From NCBI GenBank assembly GCA_030583685.1, contig CP129470.1, positions 340,345-404,344 of the forward strand: a stretch of 64,000 nucleotides of DNA, given 5' to 3'. Source of the stretch: Candidatus Dojkabacteria bacterium (lineage in GTDB: Bacteria > Patescibacteriota > Dojkabacteria > GCA-002793355). Below, piece after piece: positions 55,101-62,889 of this stretch. The notes beneath the pieces are model-generated. The model did not search any database and was not told the DNA's origin. It worked only from the letters and a program-made list of their open reading frames with translations. The translations under genes and the position numbers were made by a program. Numbering within the stretch: position 1 is the first letter of the stretch; each line of letters opens with the position of its first letter.

Positions 55101-58100
55101 GCCCACTTGCTGTTCCAACATAGAGTGTATTTGAACCGGGATCGACTAATGAGCTTCCTTCTTCCACATGAAGAGCATTGATTTGACTTACCCCTGTCGC
55201 ATTGCCGAGTATCGTGGGGCCATTTAAAGACCAACCTGAAGTTGATGCACCAACCCAATAAACTCCAGTTCTATACAAAGCGAGGCTTGACTCAGTCATT
55301 AATCCATGAACATTCCTATAAACCTCGACCCGTGAAATATTGGCCGTTGAGTTACTCATTGCTGAATACAGGGAGTTGTTGTCTGTAAGCTCAACCTTAC
55401 TGTGCCAAATTGTGTCGCCTATGTGCGAGCCAAGGAAAACATGAGCACTTCTTGAATCAGTTTCATTAACTACAGTTACTCCTCCATCAACTCCGCTCGC
55501 TCCTGTGGCTACCGCAATGAATTGTTTTGGAGCAACAACTCCAGTTGCAGTCCACGTATAACAATAAAAGGTAGTCGTACTGAAATTTCCGTCTGCTGCA
55601 TCACTCGCAGATAATCGTTGAGTGAAACTATTATTCGTTATTGATGATGCAATGCTCGTTATTCTTTGGTTCGCTCCCGTACATTCCGCAAGCGTTCTTG
55701 GTGCAGTTGTTGTACGCGAAGCTACCGATACCGTAGAAACTGTAGGAATATTGACAAAAGTATAAGGCAGGAGAACCTGCTCACTTATTGTCGTTGCCGC
55801 AGCACCTTGAATATACCCCCATCCACTTATAGTCACCTCTTTTGTTGGATGATTTGGAATAACTGCGACACTCACATCCATTACCGCATCATGAGCCAAT
55901 GACATTTCAGAGGATAAACTCGAAAAACCAAGTCCTGCGTTTCTTCGGGAAATACTTCCCCCGTATTTTGTATACCCGGCGCTGTGATGATTATAGCCAT
56001 CATCCATTGAAAAACGGATTCTCGCGAAGTACCCTAGTACTTCTGTTGGTTCATTAATACCGACATAGACATTCCCGTTTAATGCTTCAATAGTACGCGC
56101 TTTGAGCAGGGTTGTTACAGGAAGCATGTTAATCGCAGTAGTTGTACCAGATATCCTCATCCATAATTTTTGGGTATCTGCATCAATAATATCGACATGA
56201 TCTCGGGTTGAGATAATATAACTCCGGTCAGGAAACTCCTGTTTTGAACCTCGAATTGAAGAGGTTGGTTCAGTGAACCATGAGGCTATCTGGAACACAT
56301 CTCCCGTCATATACTGTGCCCCTGTGAAAATAACACTCACGCCTGTTGACCCAAGTACCTGCGAGACACCGGGAGTAATGGTAACTCCGGACGCTGAATT
56401 CCCATTGTTATCTGTCCAGTTGAACGTAAAAGGACTCGTAATTGTAATAAGAATTGGTCGTGGGTTACTTGAATATCTCCCGATTGCTTTGATCAGTGAA
56501 CCATTATATGTTGTGCTGAGATTCTTCCCTGCTGAAGACAATAATACAACTCCATTGTTCCAATTCGGATCAATACCCAATTCAACCTGCACCTCAGGGG
56601 AACTATCTTCAGAAAGCTCGTAATAATATGAATCCGTAACCACATTAGTTCCCAAATAATTGTTTCCTGCGGTATCGGTAGTTGAAGAGTTGAGTGTTTG
56701 ATTACCCCATAACCCAATTCTTCCTGTTTGTTCACGATAACCACCAAGTGATTTATGAGGATCGAGCAACTGCATAGAGAATACACTTGTTGTTACGGTA
56801 GAGTCGGTCTTTGTTTTGTCTTCAAAGGTATCGAAAAAGATTCCCTGGTCCAAAAGGTTACTGGTATATGCGCCCGTTTCCGCAATTTGCCGATACATTT
56901 GTGCCGCCTGATAGTAACTTTCTCTCGTAGCATGTCTACCTTCCCACGCAATTGCTGGTGTATATGTTGTATCTAACTGTTTCCAGACTGAATCTGAGAA
57001 AATCCAGCCCATTGCCAATATGTCGTTTGTATCAAAACCATGCTCAATATTGAGGTACGAGCCATTCGCAAGAGATGCATTTGACGCTGTAAGTATTGAA
57101 TTCCCCGTTAAATCCTGCCAACTGAGCGTGCCTGCTGTATTAACCAATACACCATCTGCGGACGCTGTTGGCAAGGTATAGGTAATATTCCCAGACTGGT
57201 CGCCCCCTTGGAATACTGTGTAAAATTCTGGTGAACCTCCCCCTTCAAGAATTCCCAAGGTTCCAGCAACCGAAAGTGTTTGTCCAGGCGTTGCCGTACC
57301 AATACCTACCCGACTTTCTGATTTATCGAGATACAAAACATTAGTAAAGAATGCGATATCTCCATTGCTTGTGCTATCTGTTGAAAAATTGAAAATGTTT
57401 GCAGTCGTATTGTACGAAATAATCCCCTGATCTGTTGCAGAAGTACCGATATAGATACTTTCTCCGCCAAGATAGAGATCTCGGAAACGATATGAATCTG
57501 AGCCAAGGTCATAAGTATCATTTGCACTTGGTAACAGACTTGAGGTCATACTAATGACCCCTGATGTCCCAATTGAAAGCCGTTCAATATTGTTTGTGAT
57601 GAACGAAAGCGCATAATTATCTGTTGTTCCAAGAACTCCTGGTTCGCCAAAGGCATTCCCATCCTGTTCAAAACACGCGGCACAACTCGTTACTGTTTCC
57701 CAACTTAATACCCCTCCTGTATTCGTTAATACTCCATTTACCGAAGTCGTTGGAAGGGTATAGGTGATATTGCCAGACTGATCACCTCCCTGAAAAATGG
57801 TAAAGAACTCAGGTGACGTTCCCCCTTCAAGAATTCCAAAATTCCCCGCTATGGAAAGCGTTTGCTGAGGAGCATACACCCCGATTCCGACATTTCCCCC
57901 AAAATAGTTTGTTCCCCCTTCGGAATACAACGCAAAGGAATCTCCCGATGCTGCATCTTCATAATTGCTAATATATAAACCATACAGGTAATCCACATTC
58001 ATCGTTCCATATGAGCCATGTCCAATCATAATTCCATATACTTCACTGCTGCCAGTCGGTTGTGCACCATAGTAATTTGTTTCTACATTCAAACCAATGA

Positions 58101-61100
58101 AGTTTAAACTTTCTTCTGCATCTTGGAACATTTCAACTACCGTTTCCTGACCAGTTAAATGTGCGACTCCAACATTTCCAGCAGAAACAGAGCTCACAAT
58201 TCCGAACCCGTCCACGTAATCCGCATACCCAAGATACAGGGAGAATACTGCAGCATCACCGCTCAAATAATTCGAATATGCTAAGCCATTTCCATATGCC
58301 TCGACATGAGCACGAATACCATTATAGTATCCCTGATCTTCTATATTTTCACGATAAATGTCGACGATCATACCTTGATATTCCTCTTCTATTTTGTCTA
58401 GGCCATATGAGTCAATTCGCAATCCGGTGCCCCATGAGGTATCAGTATTATGAACAACATGCAATTTCGCCTCTGGTACTGCCGTGCCAATTCCGACATT
58501 TGCATAATCGTAACCACCTCCCGCCGAAAAGATTACTTCCCCACTGCTATCCCGCGCAAGAAACGCTCCCGGGAATGTAATTTCTCTGAATGAAACATCA
58601 TCAAGAGTAAACGTGCTGTTTTCAGTAGATGGATTATTTGTACCAAAGTATACACCACCGTTAGTTCCGTCTTCTCTTGCAAAAAATATAACCTCGTAGG
58701 TGCCGTTCGAATCAAAGGAATTGACAAAACTTGTCGAAACAAGTTCCAGATTAACTAGTTCAATTTGAAGTATAGCGTCAACAGTACTCACGCCAGAAAG
58801 CGTAAATTGTAAGCGGTAATACTTCCCTTGCACAATGGTATATCCTTCCTGCCAAAGTTCACTATTCCCTCCGCCATCTGTAGTTGTGAGTATTACATTA
58901 TTACTTCCATAGGTTGTACCACCATTTGTATCCCATCCGGTCAATCCTCCGGTAAAAGTACCGTTTGTAACTAGTTCAGTGCCGATAACCTCAAATGGCT
59001 TGGCTTGTACATCAAGCGTTGCACGTGGAGAAGAAACACCTATTCCGAGTCTTCCTGTCTCAGACAAAATCATTGCAAGGGTATCGTTTGTGATAAATTC
59101 AAGCGCAAAGTTATCCGTTGTTCCAAGAACCCCTACTGCTCCAAACGCATTCCCGTCTTGTTCAAAACAAGCAACACAACCACCTCCTGCAGTTTCCCAA
59201 CTGAGCACCCCACCCGTATTCGTCAATACCCCATTTGCAGAAGCCGTTGGTAAGGTATAGGTAATGGTTGCAGACTGGTCACCCCCCTGAAAAATGGTAA
59301 AATATTCTGGGGAGCTTCCTCCTTCCAAAATCTTGAGGTTCCCAAAGACGCCCAATCCTGAACCGTCAAGCGAAGCCATATGCTTATTTTCACCATTAAC
59401 AAGCGTCGAAAAGAGTAACTGTCCATCCTCCGAACCCGCTGAAGGATCTATTGCTAGCGCACTCATCGCAGCATAATCCGCATACGACGGTGGCGCACTG
59501 TCATTATAATAGTAAATATTTCCATCACCAGGACCATAGTAGCTTCCTGCAAAAACCACGCCCGTGTCCGTATCGATTCCTAAGCTCACAATTTCGTTTG
59601 CAGACGCGTCATACGACAAGGTCCATTCACCTGAGGAGTCACAACCGGTAGAAACAGAACATACATAAATATAGCCTACGTCTCCCGTAGCAGCATACAT
59701 CCTTCCGTGTACAGGATCATACGCAAGTGCATATATCCAATCTGACATATCTGAATACACTAAGTTCCAATCTCCTCCTGCGTCACAATTCGTAGCCGTG
59801 TCACATCGATAAAGATCATTCTCTGTGGCAGCGTACAGCACATCATTATCTGTATCTACACCGATTGACGTTACGTTTGCATTCGGAAGATCGACGGATA
59901 GTGTCCAATCGGTATCTTGATCACAACCGGTCGACGTTTCACAGCGATACACTCCCGCAGAATATTTTGTTCCTGCATAAAGGACACTGTTTGCGGCATC
60001 AAACGCGAAAGAATCAATCCCACTAATTCCTGAAATATCATAAGGGGCAGTCACCGTAAAATCACCTGAGGCATCACATCCTGTCGCGGCAATATCACAT
60101 CTGTGGACATATTTCAGGGTCGCATTATCTGTTCCAATATAGAGCACCGAGTTATTAGTATCCACGACGAGTCGCTGTCCATCATCATCACCAACCGAAT
60201 AAACTGAGGTCCACTCCCCGGGAATATCACAACCAGTTGTCGTATCACAACGAAATATATTTTGCTCTCCTAACGCAAACAACAGTCCACTTGTTGGATC
60301 AAAAACAATACTTCGTATCGAATTATCAGGGTTTGAGGCTTCATACACCTCTGCCCAATCTCCAGAGGAATCACACCCAGAAGACATTGGACAACGAAGG
60401 ATAACCGGGTCCCATGCAGTTGTCGCATACATTACTCCGTTTACGGAATCATACGCAAAAGCCAAGACATCCTCAAAGGGGGTAGCGTACGACGTCTGCC
60501 AATTTGGCGTCGATACATTTTGTGCGCGAAACACATGTGTCCCAAAAATTGTGTTTGTTCCTGGATTCCCAAGGAGCGTCGTTCCAAAAACGACTGGCCC
60601 AACCGTATCTGCCAGGGTCAGTTGATCAGTTGGCGTAGTCGTTCCAATTCCCACATTTCCACTAGAAGTAATGACCATTCGAGCGATACTGTCAGTTAGG
60701 AATGAAAGCCCATACGCGTCTAACGTTCCTAAAACACCAGGAGCTCCAAACTCATTTCCTCCTTGTTTAAAAAAACTGTTATGAGTGAAGGCGTTACCGG
60801 CACCATCAGTCAATGCTTGTGCTCGCAATGCGACGGGAACTGCAGTAATTGGCTTACGTGTGGAAAAAACCTCCTCATATCGATGGGTTGCAGGAGAACA
60901 ATTTGTATCGCTACTATCACCAGTATTGCCATTTGCATCAAAACAAACCTGTAAGTAAAGATCTGCATTATCAAACACAGTTGAACCAAAAGGCGTCACT
61001 GAACCCAATTCAACACTCAAAATTCCGTCCGTTACTGTCAAAGAACGATCCTCTGACCATACCGCCGTTCCTCCAGTACTGACGGTGTATAACAAAAATC

Positions 61101-61281
61101 TAAAATTGTAAGTATCATTGGGAATATTGGTTCCATCTGTGTTCACCAATTTACTTTGAAACGAAATAGTGTCTGTGGTTGCAGCAAAAACGAATTGAGG
61201 AAAGAAGATAGACACAACAAACAAACAGATGAACAGGGGGAGTATCAGTGCGGCCGGGGCTCGCCGACTTGCTTGCTTCAT
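49150..61281 (-). CDS. giant (4043 aa) secreted/signal-anchored surface protein: Cys-pair beta-propeller-like repeats, repeated phage-tail-fibre-like modules, LamG/ConA-like domain, YadA-head/Hep_Hag-like repeat tract
   Basis: Single uninterrupted 12.1-kb ORF. Signal peptide 'ALILPLFICLFVVSIFFPQFVFAATT'. Six 'xYRCDxxTGCDxxGDWTxxY' units. Three 'ILEGG(S/T)SPEFFTIFQGGDQSGNITYTLPT(A/T)S.NGVLTNTGGVLSW' modules. LamG-like '..WYHVVTVYTGTRLNLYINGVL...QYFNGYLDEIFV'. 'N(T/I)A(V/I/L)G..AL..N..G..' 14-mer repeats. Confidence 0.8.
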   Translation of the reverse strand: MKQASRRAPAALILPLFICLFVVSIFFPQFVFAATTDTISFQSKLVNTDGTNIPNDTYNFRFLLYTVSTGGTAVWSEDRSLTVTDGILSVELGSVTPFGSTVFDNADLYLQVCFDANGNTGDSSDTNCSPATHRYEEVFSTRKPITAVPVALRAQALTDGAGNAFTHNSFFKQGGNEFGAPGVLGTLDAYGLSFLTDSIARMVITSSGNVGIGTTTPTDQLTLADTVGPVVFGTTLLGNPGTNTIFGTHVFRAQNVSTPNWQTSYATPFEDVLAFAYDSVNGVMYATTAWDPVILRCPMSSGCDSSGDWAEVYEASNPDNSIRSIVFDPTSGLLFALGEQNIFRCDTTTGCDIPGEWTSVYSVGDDDGQRLVVDTNNSVLYIGTDNATLKYVHRCDIAATGCDASGDFTVTAPYDISGISGIDSFAFDAANSVLYAGTKYSAGVYRCETSTGCDQDTDWTLSVDLPNANVTSIGVDTDNDVLYAATENDLYRCDTATNCDAGGDWNLVYSDMSDWIYALAYDPVHGRMYAATGDVGYIYVCSVSTGCDSSGEWTLSYDASANEIVSLGIDTDTGVVFAGSYYGPGDGNIYYYNDSAPPSYADYAAMSALAIDPSAGSEDGQLLFSTLVNGENKHMASLDGSGLGVFGNLKILEGGSSPEYFTIFQGGDQSATITYTLPTASANGVLTNTGGVLSWETAGGGCVACFEQDGNAFGAVGVLGTTDNFALEFITNDTLAMILSETGRLGIGVSSPRATLDVQAKPFEVIGTELVTNGTFTGGLTGWDTNGGTTYGSNNVILTTTDGGGNSELWQEGYTIVQGKYYRLQFTLSGVSTVDAILQIELVNLELVSTSFVNSFDSNGTYEVIFFAREDGTNGGVYFGTNNPSTENSTFTLDDVSFREITFPGAFLARDSSGEVIFSAGGGYDYANVGIGTAVPEAKLHVVHNTDTSWGTGLRIDSYGLDKIEEEYQGMIVDIYRENIEDQGYYNGIRAHVEAYGNGLAYSNYLSGDAAVFSLYLGYADYVDGFGIVSSVSAGNVGVAHLTGQETVVEMFQDAEESLNFIGLNVETNYYGAQPTGSSEVYGIMIGHGSYGTMNVDYLYGLYISNYEDAASGDSFALYSEGGTNYFGGNVGIGVYAPQQTLSIAGNFGILEGGTSPEFFTIFQGGDQSGNITYTLPTTSVNGVLTNTGGVLSWETVTSCAACFEQDGNAFGEPGVLGTTDNYALSFITNNIERLSIGTSGVISMTSSLLPSANDTYDLGSDSYRFRDLYLGGESIYIGTSATDQGIISYNTTANIFNFSTDSTSNGDIAFFTNVLYLDKSESRVGIGTATPGQTLSVAGTLGILEGGGSPEFYTVFQGGDQSGNITYTLPTASADGVLVNTAGTLSWQDLTGNSILTASNASLANGSYLNIEHGFDTNDILAMGWIFSDSVWKQLDTTYTPAIAWEGRHATRESYYQAAQMYRQIAETGAYTSNLLDQGIFFDTFEDKTKTDSTVTTSVFSMQLLDPHKSLGGYREQTGRIGLWGNQTLNSSTTDTAGNNYLGTNVVTDSYYYELSEDSSPEVQVELGIDPNWNNGVVLLSSAGKNLSTTYNGSLIKAIGRYSSNPRPILITITSPFTFNWTDNNGNSASGVTITPGVSQVLGSTGVSVIFTGAQYMTGDVFQIASWFTEPTSSIRGSKQEFPDRSYIISTRDHVDIIDADTQKLWMRISGTTTAINMLPVTTLLKARTIEALNGNVYVGINEPTEVLGYFARIRFSMDDGYNHHSAGYTKYGGSISRRNAGLGFSSLSSEMSLAHDAVMDVSVAVIPNHPTKEVTISGWGYIQGAAATTISEQVLLPYTFVNIPTVSTVSVASRTTTAPRTLAECTGANQRITSIASSITNNSFTQRLSASDAADGNFSTTTFYCYTWTATGVVAPKQFIAVATGASGVDGGVTVVNETDSRSAHVFLGSHIGDTIWHSKVELTDNNSLYSAMSNSTANISRVEVYRNVHGLMTESSLALYRTGVYWVGASTSGWSLNGPTILGNATGVSQINALHVEEGSSLVDPGSNTLYVGTASGLTVIQENSGNSIATANDGGTEKFGSAKYYTTSNISEEMFGDIRGMWQMNGDLSGRGNTLTNESGPVTAVSGVRGEAGSYNGTNQAYYCTDASCGGTSKLDYTGSGAWAWGGWIQAKGGAGTSRVVMSKSFNVNASNNGGYITTLNSSNQILSQALNNSSGNAVTSKTTIALDTWYHVVTVYTGTRLNLYINGVLEDSVAYSSGIMDVTQSFYIGRHANAAVQYFNGYLDEIFVTATEISGADVRKMYETGSRALQSHGTIFGGGGADTNQQLGGTSNVIGDVAIDKQRQYMYVGTNHTSNGRVSKIQLNADTNIKTYGSSANVPTGGPVLVNQNTSSVLVGDHLELVASLTDGAKIIGPDNQTTLNSAVYESKMYELPKNIASAVVWVKGVTDADDSGNTITVKASVDDGSTFATCTVVSTNAEVYPPETEYSCIFSASGNELKMRFEFARTNAKTSTFVTQYGVSWLGQSGFRIEQLDANNVRLYNYSGITQNVRLNAIGTGVVGGGGGGECTDCYELGGNAFGETGVLGTTDNYGLSFITNNTEKMSITAGGNVGIGTTASNFKLEVAGHIGPSANNTYDLGSDAYRFRDLYLGGDTIYIGASSSDQGMISYDAENNVLRFDTDSTSNGSISFLNDLLFLDKTSGRVSFGASSGDAKLVIDSTVSAYGSELVTNGTFTGSATGWTLADSATYGSNAVTIAYDEGLHEDWPEISTSIVTEIGKIYKIEFTISGIANDGMYWWSNGGNDGAEVPVTGNGTVVKYFKAKLSGSHTVTFGLWNGITGGTFTIDDVSVVEVLNAQPAFALYDLKGDSLIGLGDDFSKNVFIGYSSLSNNSSADVYRNVVIGIENLSNAIQASQNIAIGNYVLANSQTSSGNIGIGNYALAESNDADNNIAIGNSAMAVSGGGNYNIALGYNALYKNDNWENIAIGGWALYENVDGSGNVAIGANSLQSNVSGTLNTGVGHYTLIANTGEFNTAVGAQVLMANTTGSENTAVGISALYTNETGYNNTALGSFALDGNVDGFYNTAVGSSALSGNETGYNNTALGVQSLLSNRYGLQNTALGMNALYSLDPANDLDGNNNVAVGFAAGYDVSTGSGNVLLGYRAGDNITTGSRNIVIGTDINAVSLTESNTLNIGNMIYGRGLDGTGDTLSNGRVGVGIAEPRATLEVYGASIRTLTGSIDPIASTAVTGVGTRFLAEVSVGDRIVVSGEIRTVVSIASDTSLTVDVAFSDNGNDTAVEVYTNTLAVTGSSAFYGGASFMGLQTPAAPSVGGTSSGAATWRYRVSAVNAHGNETILSAEGTRTSAPATLTGANYNTITWTAVPGAVGYRIFRTTAATSPNTTGFIGYVEATQPLTFDDTGITVTGSYSSTTFNESSNVSIGTSAAKPPLDTLSVDGRINQSWHYFFTDFIGSRANVTANTANWWEGLRLGINSACTASFVSGAVNGVVQLQTGETSGNACLIDFNNVNQISTAYNPVFETEVNLPSAATSVVYVGFMQRTVSTGAVPTSGAYFLSTNGGAWQAVSRTDASNATTTNTGVTPATGLPMNILRVETTATSARFFIDGRLVADHSTNLPPTSVVHEFEISIVTNEAVLKQLRVDSIEIWQDDPPADAELPESVLEEMENPIIEIFDDPVRFTETMYMAGGSEAEIEDGLLVSYSGATQLGVDERNRVIHALTAAAQANKNTFLGVATGPEAQRTPYDETGNPYLVATFGPSYAWIEEGSGGNVVVGDLLSISSTLPGYAQKDGSGVVAVAQEAIDWSTVTDTVGGKKVKKVLIFVKNGAAETAIATAGTVSAGWNQVTDTTIQSTHGIIVPNVTATTAEINVLRTRTLAVNDLFFVDDEGNMTTSGTVLASVISTPTIKGIGGAVTITLEGSDRFAITVDGETALEASVEGVKVNNLIVSDQQAGRVIIDAGETEFTVESLLVTEESIVVVTPNKAVVVAVEPFEGGFVLRLAAPQSEGVSVGWYVVNVSE
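51650..52600 (-). repeat. tract of ~20 short (~14-aa) 'NxAxGxxALxxNxxG' repeats (YadA-head/Hep_Hag-like) within the 4043-aa gene (bounds approximate)
   Basis: 'NIAIGNYVLANSQTSSGNIGIGNYALAESNDADNNIAIGNSAMAVSGGGNYNIALGYNALYKNDNWENIAIGGWALYENVDGSGNVAIGANSLQSNVSGTLNTGVGHYTLIANTGEFNTAVGAQVLMANTTGSENTAVGISALYTNETGYNNTALGSFALDGNVDGFYNTAVGSSALSGNETGYNNTALGVQSLLSNRYGLQNTALGMNALYS'. Confidence 0.5.
59600..60500 (-). repeat. six ~45-aa Cys-pair repeats 'VL(Y/F)xxT...(Y/F)RCDxxTGCDxxGDWTxVY' (beta-propeller-like) within the 4043-aa gene (bounds approximate)
   Basis: 'LRCPMSSGCDSSGDWAEVYE', 'IFRCDTTTGCDIPGEWTSVYS', 'VHRCDIAATGCDASGDFTVTAP', 'VYRCETSTGCDQDTDWTLSVD', 'LYRCDTATNCDAGGDWNLVYS', 'IYVCSVSTGCDSSGEWTLSYD'. 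Each is preceded by 'D..N.VLY(A/I)(G/A)T'. Confidence 0.5.
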
Positions 61282-61478
61282 TAATTAAATATACTAGAGT
61301 TATACACCAAAAACAAGTGGATAAGTGGGTAACTTTTAACACTTTTTGCACTTTCGTGGAACAGTTTCCTGTCGCAGTAAACCCTATGTTTCACGATAAA
61401 CTTGTTCTAGTTGCAGCAATCAATATGCGTAAAATATAGAACATTACCGTTTTTCGGGAAAATATTTAAGAAGAAAAC

Positions 61479-61551
61479 TGCGCCCGGTAGGAATCGAACC
61501 TACAACCAACAGATTAGAAGTCTGCTGCTCTATCCGTTGAGCTACGGGCGC
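61479..61551 (-). tRNA. tRNA-Arg (anticodon TCT)
   Basis: GCGCCCG-TA-GCTC-AACGGATA-GAGC-A-GCAGA-CTTCTAA-TCTGT-TGGTT-GTAGG-TTCGATT-CCTAC-CGGGCGC-A. No CCA is encoded. Confidence 0.85.
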
Positions 61552-61590
61552 ATAGATAATTATATCAAAATTCACGAAGAAATGTCATTA

Positions 61591-62124
61591 CTACGCCAGA
61601 TCAGCGAGAGCATACTGCTTGGTTAAATCACGAAAACTCACGCTAGATAAATCAGATTCTTGGTAACCAAGAAGACTTGCCGTTTCAATCACTTTTTGTG
61701 CAGAGTCTGCTTCTATCTCCAATAGCGGAGGAATGACCGCGTATGCACCAAGATGTTCATCAATTACGAGCGTCGCTCCATTCAGCGCATACGACTCTCT
61801 ATACTTTGAGAAATCATGCGTTACCGCATACCCCAAAGACAGGAAAATTTCATGAGTCGTCGCAAAATCTGAAACAATAACCTCTCTCTCATTTCTTTGC
61901 CGTATTTGAGTATGTGTGCTATCAATGACCTCTTTATACGCAATCCTCGCCTCCTCACCTTCTAATCTCAAACGCAAAGTTCGAAGCTTATTTTCCGCAA
62001 CAGGGAGCTTGAACAAAATGGTTCGATACAGTTTTTTTGAAAGAAATATCCCCCCAGCTCGCAACAACTTCTTTCTTTCAGCAGAAACATCAATATTCAT
62101 GACTTTCGATTCAATTTCTATCAT
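61591..62124 (-). CDS. CYTH-domain protein (triphosphate tunnel metalloenzyme; CyaB-like class IV adenylyl cyclase / inorganic triphosphatase family)
   Basis: N-terminal 'MIEIESK' (the ExExK signature). Internal 'LRLRLEGEEARIAYK'. C-terminal 'RESYALNGATLVIDEHLGAYAVIPPLLEIEADS' matches the family's 'R..Y.l.g..v.lD...gLG.f.EiE' end. Confidence 0.55.
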   Translation of the reverse strand: MIEIESKVMNIDVSAERKKLLRAGGIFLSKKLYRTILFKLPVAENKLRTLRLRLEGEEARIAYKEVIDSTHTQIRQRNEREVIVSDFATTHEIFLSLGYAVTHDFSKYRESYALNGATLVIDEHLGAYAVIPPLLEIEADSAQKVIETASLLGYQESDLSSVSFRDLTKQYALADLA

Positions 62125-62186
62125 ACCGAAGTATAGACATCTGCTTCCAATTTTTCAACCTTTCAATACAGCAAACCGCGACCCAG

Positions 62187-62885
62187 GTGGAAGTATATTA
62201 CTCTTTTTGGTATAATACGAAGTATAAATTTTATCCACCCGATATGGTACTTATTCCAGATGTCCCTTCCCTTATCCTCAATCTCCCGATAATCATATCT
62301 CTCATTGCGATAACTCGCTATATGATCGGTTTTAAAACATGGAAAAATTACCCGGTTGTCGTCCTTACGCTTGCATTTTACTTGCTCCATCTCACTACTG
62401 AATCACTTCTTGCAACAGCATTATTATGGGTATTCTTCCTTATTTCGGTTATTGGTTCGGCCTTTGGTACTCGATATCTGCTCAGGCACTTTAAAATCAA
62501 TTACTATGCACGAATCGCAACAATGTATCTTGCAGCAATGACCTTTACCCTTTTTCTCATTTCGATTCTTGCCTTAAGCACCATGAAAGAATGGGTACTA
62601 GACCACAATTTTGCCCTTGCTGTATTTCTTATGGGCACAACCATCGACGAACTCGCAACTCTTCACTTTAAAAAGGGCTCTCAAGAGCTCTTGCGACGAG
62701 TAATTACTACTCTTGGGCTTTCTGTCATTATGGGATTACTACTGACGTGGACATGGTGGAATCAGTTACTGGCAACTCATCATGAAATTCTTCTTTTTGT
62801 TCTCGTTATTGACCTTATCGTTGCATTCTGGACTGTGGCTCGATTAACCGAAATCGCTCGATTTGGCTCAATTCTCAAAGACTAA
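62187..62885 (+). CDS. polytopic (about 7-helix) membrane protein, candidate 7TM partner of the downstream ATP-grasp ligase
   Basis: Hydrophobic helices 'LILNLPIIISLIAITRYMIGF', 'VVVLTLAFYLLHL', 'LLATALLWVFFLISVIGSAF', 'IATMYLAAMTFTLFLISILALS', 'FALAVFLMGTTI', 'VITTLGLSVIMGLLLTWTWW', 'ILLFVLVIDLIVAFWTVA'. The stop lies 4 nt before the next ATG. The start is uncertain (Met at 62244 is plausible). Confidence 0.45.
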   Translation: MEVYYSFWYNTKYKFYPPDMVLIPDVPSLILNLPIIISLIAITRYMIGFKTWKNYPVVVLTLAFYLLHLTTESLLATALLWVFFLISVIGSAFGTRYLLRHFKINYYARIATMYLAAMTFTLFLISILALSTMKEWVLDHNFALAVFLMGTTIDELATLHFKKGSQELLRRVITTLGLSVIMGLLLTWTWWNQLLATHHEILLFVLVIDLIVAFWTVARLTEIARFGSILKD

Positions 62886-62889
62886 CACT

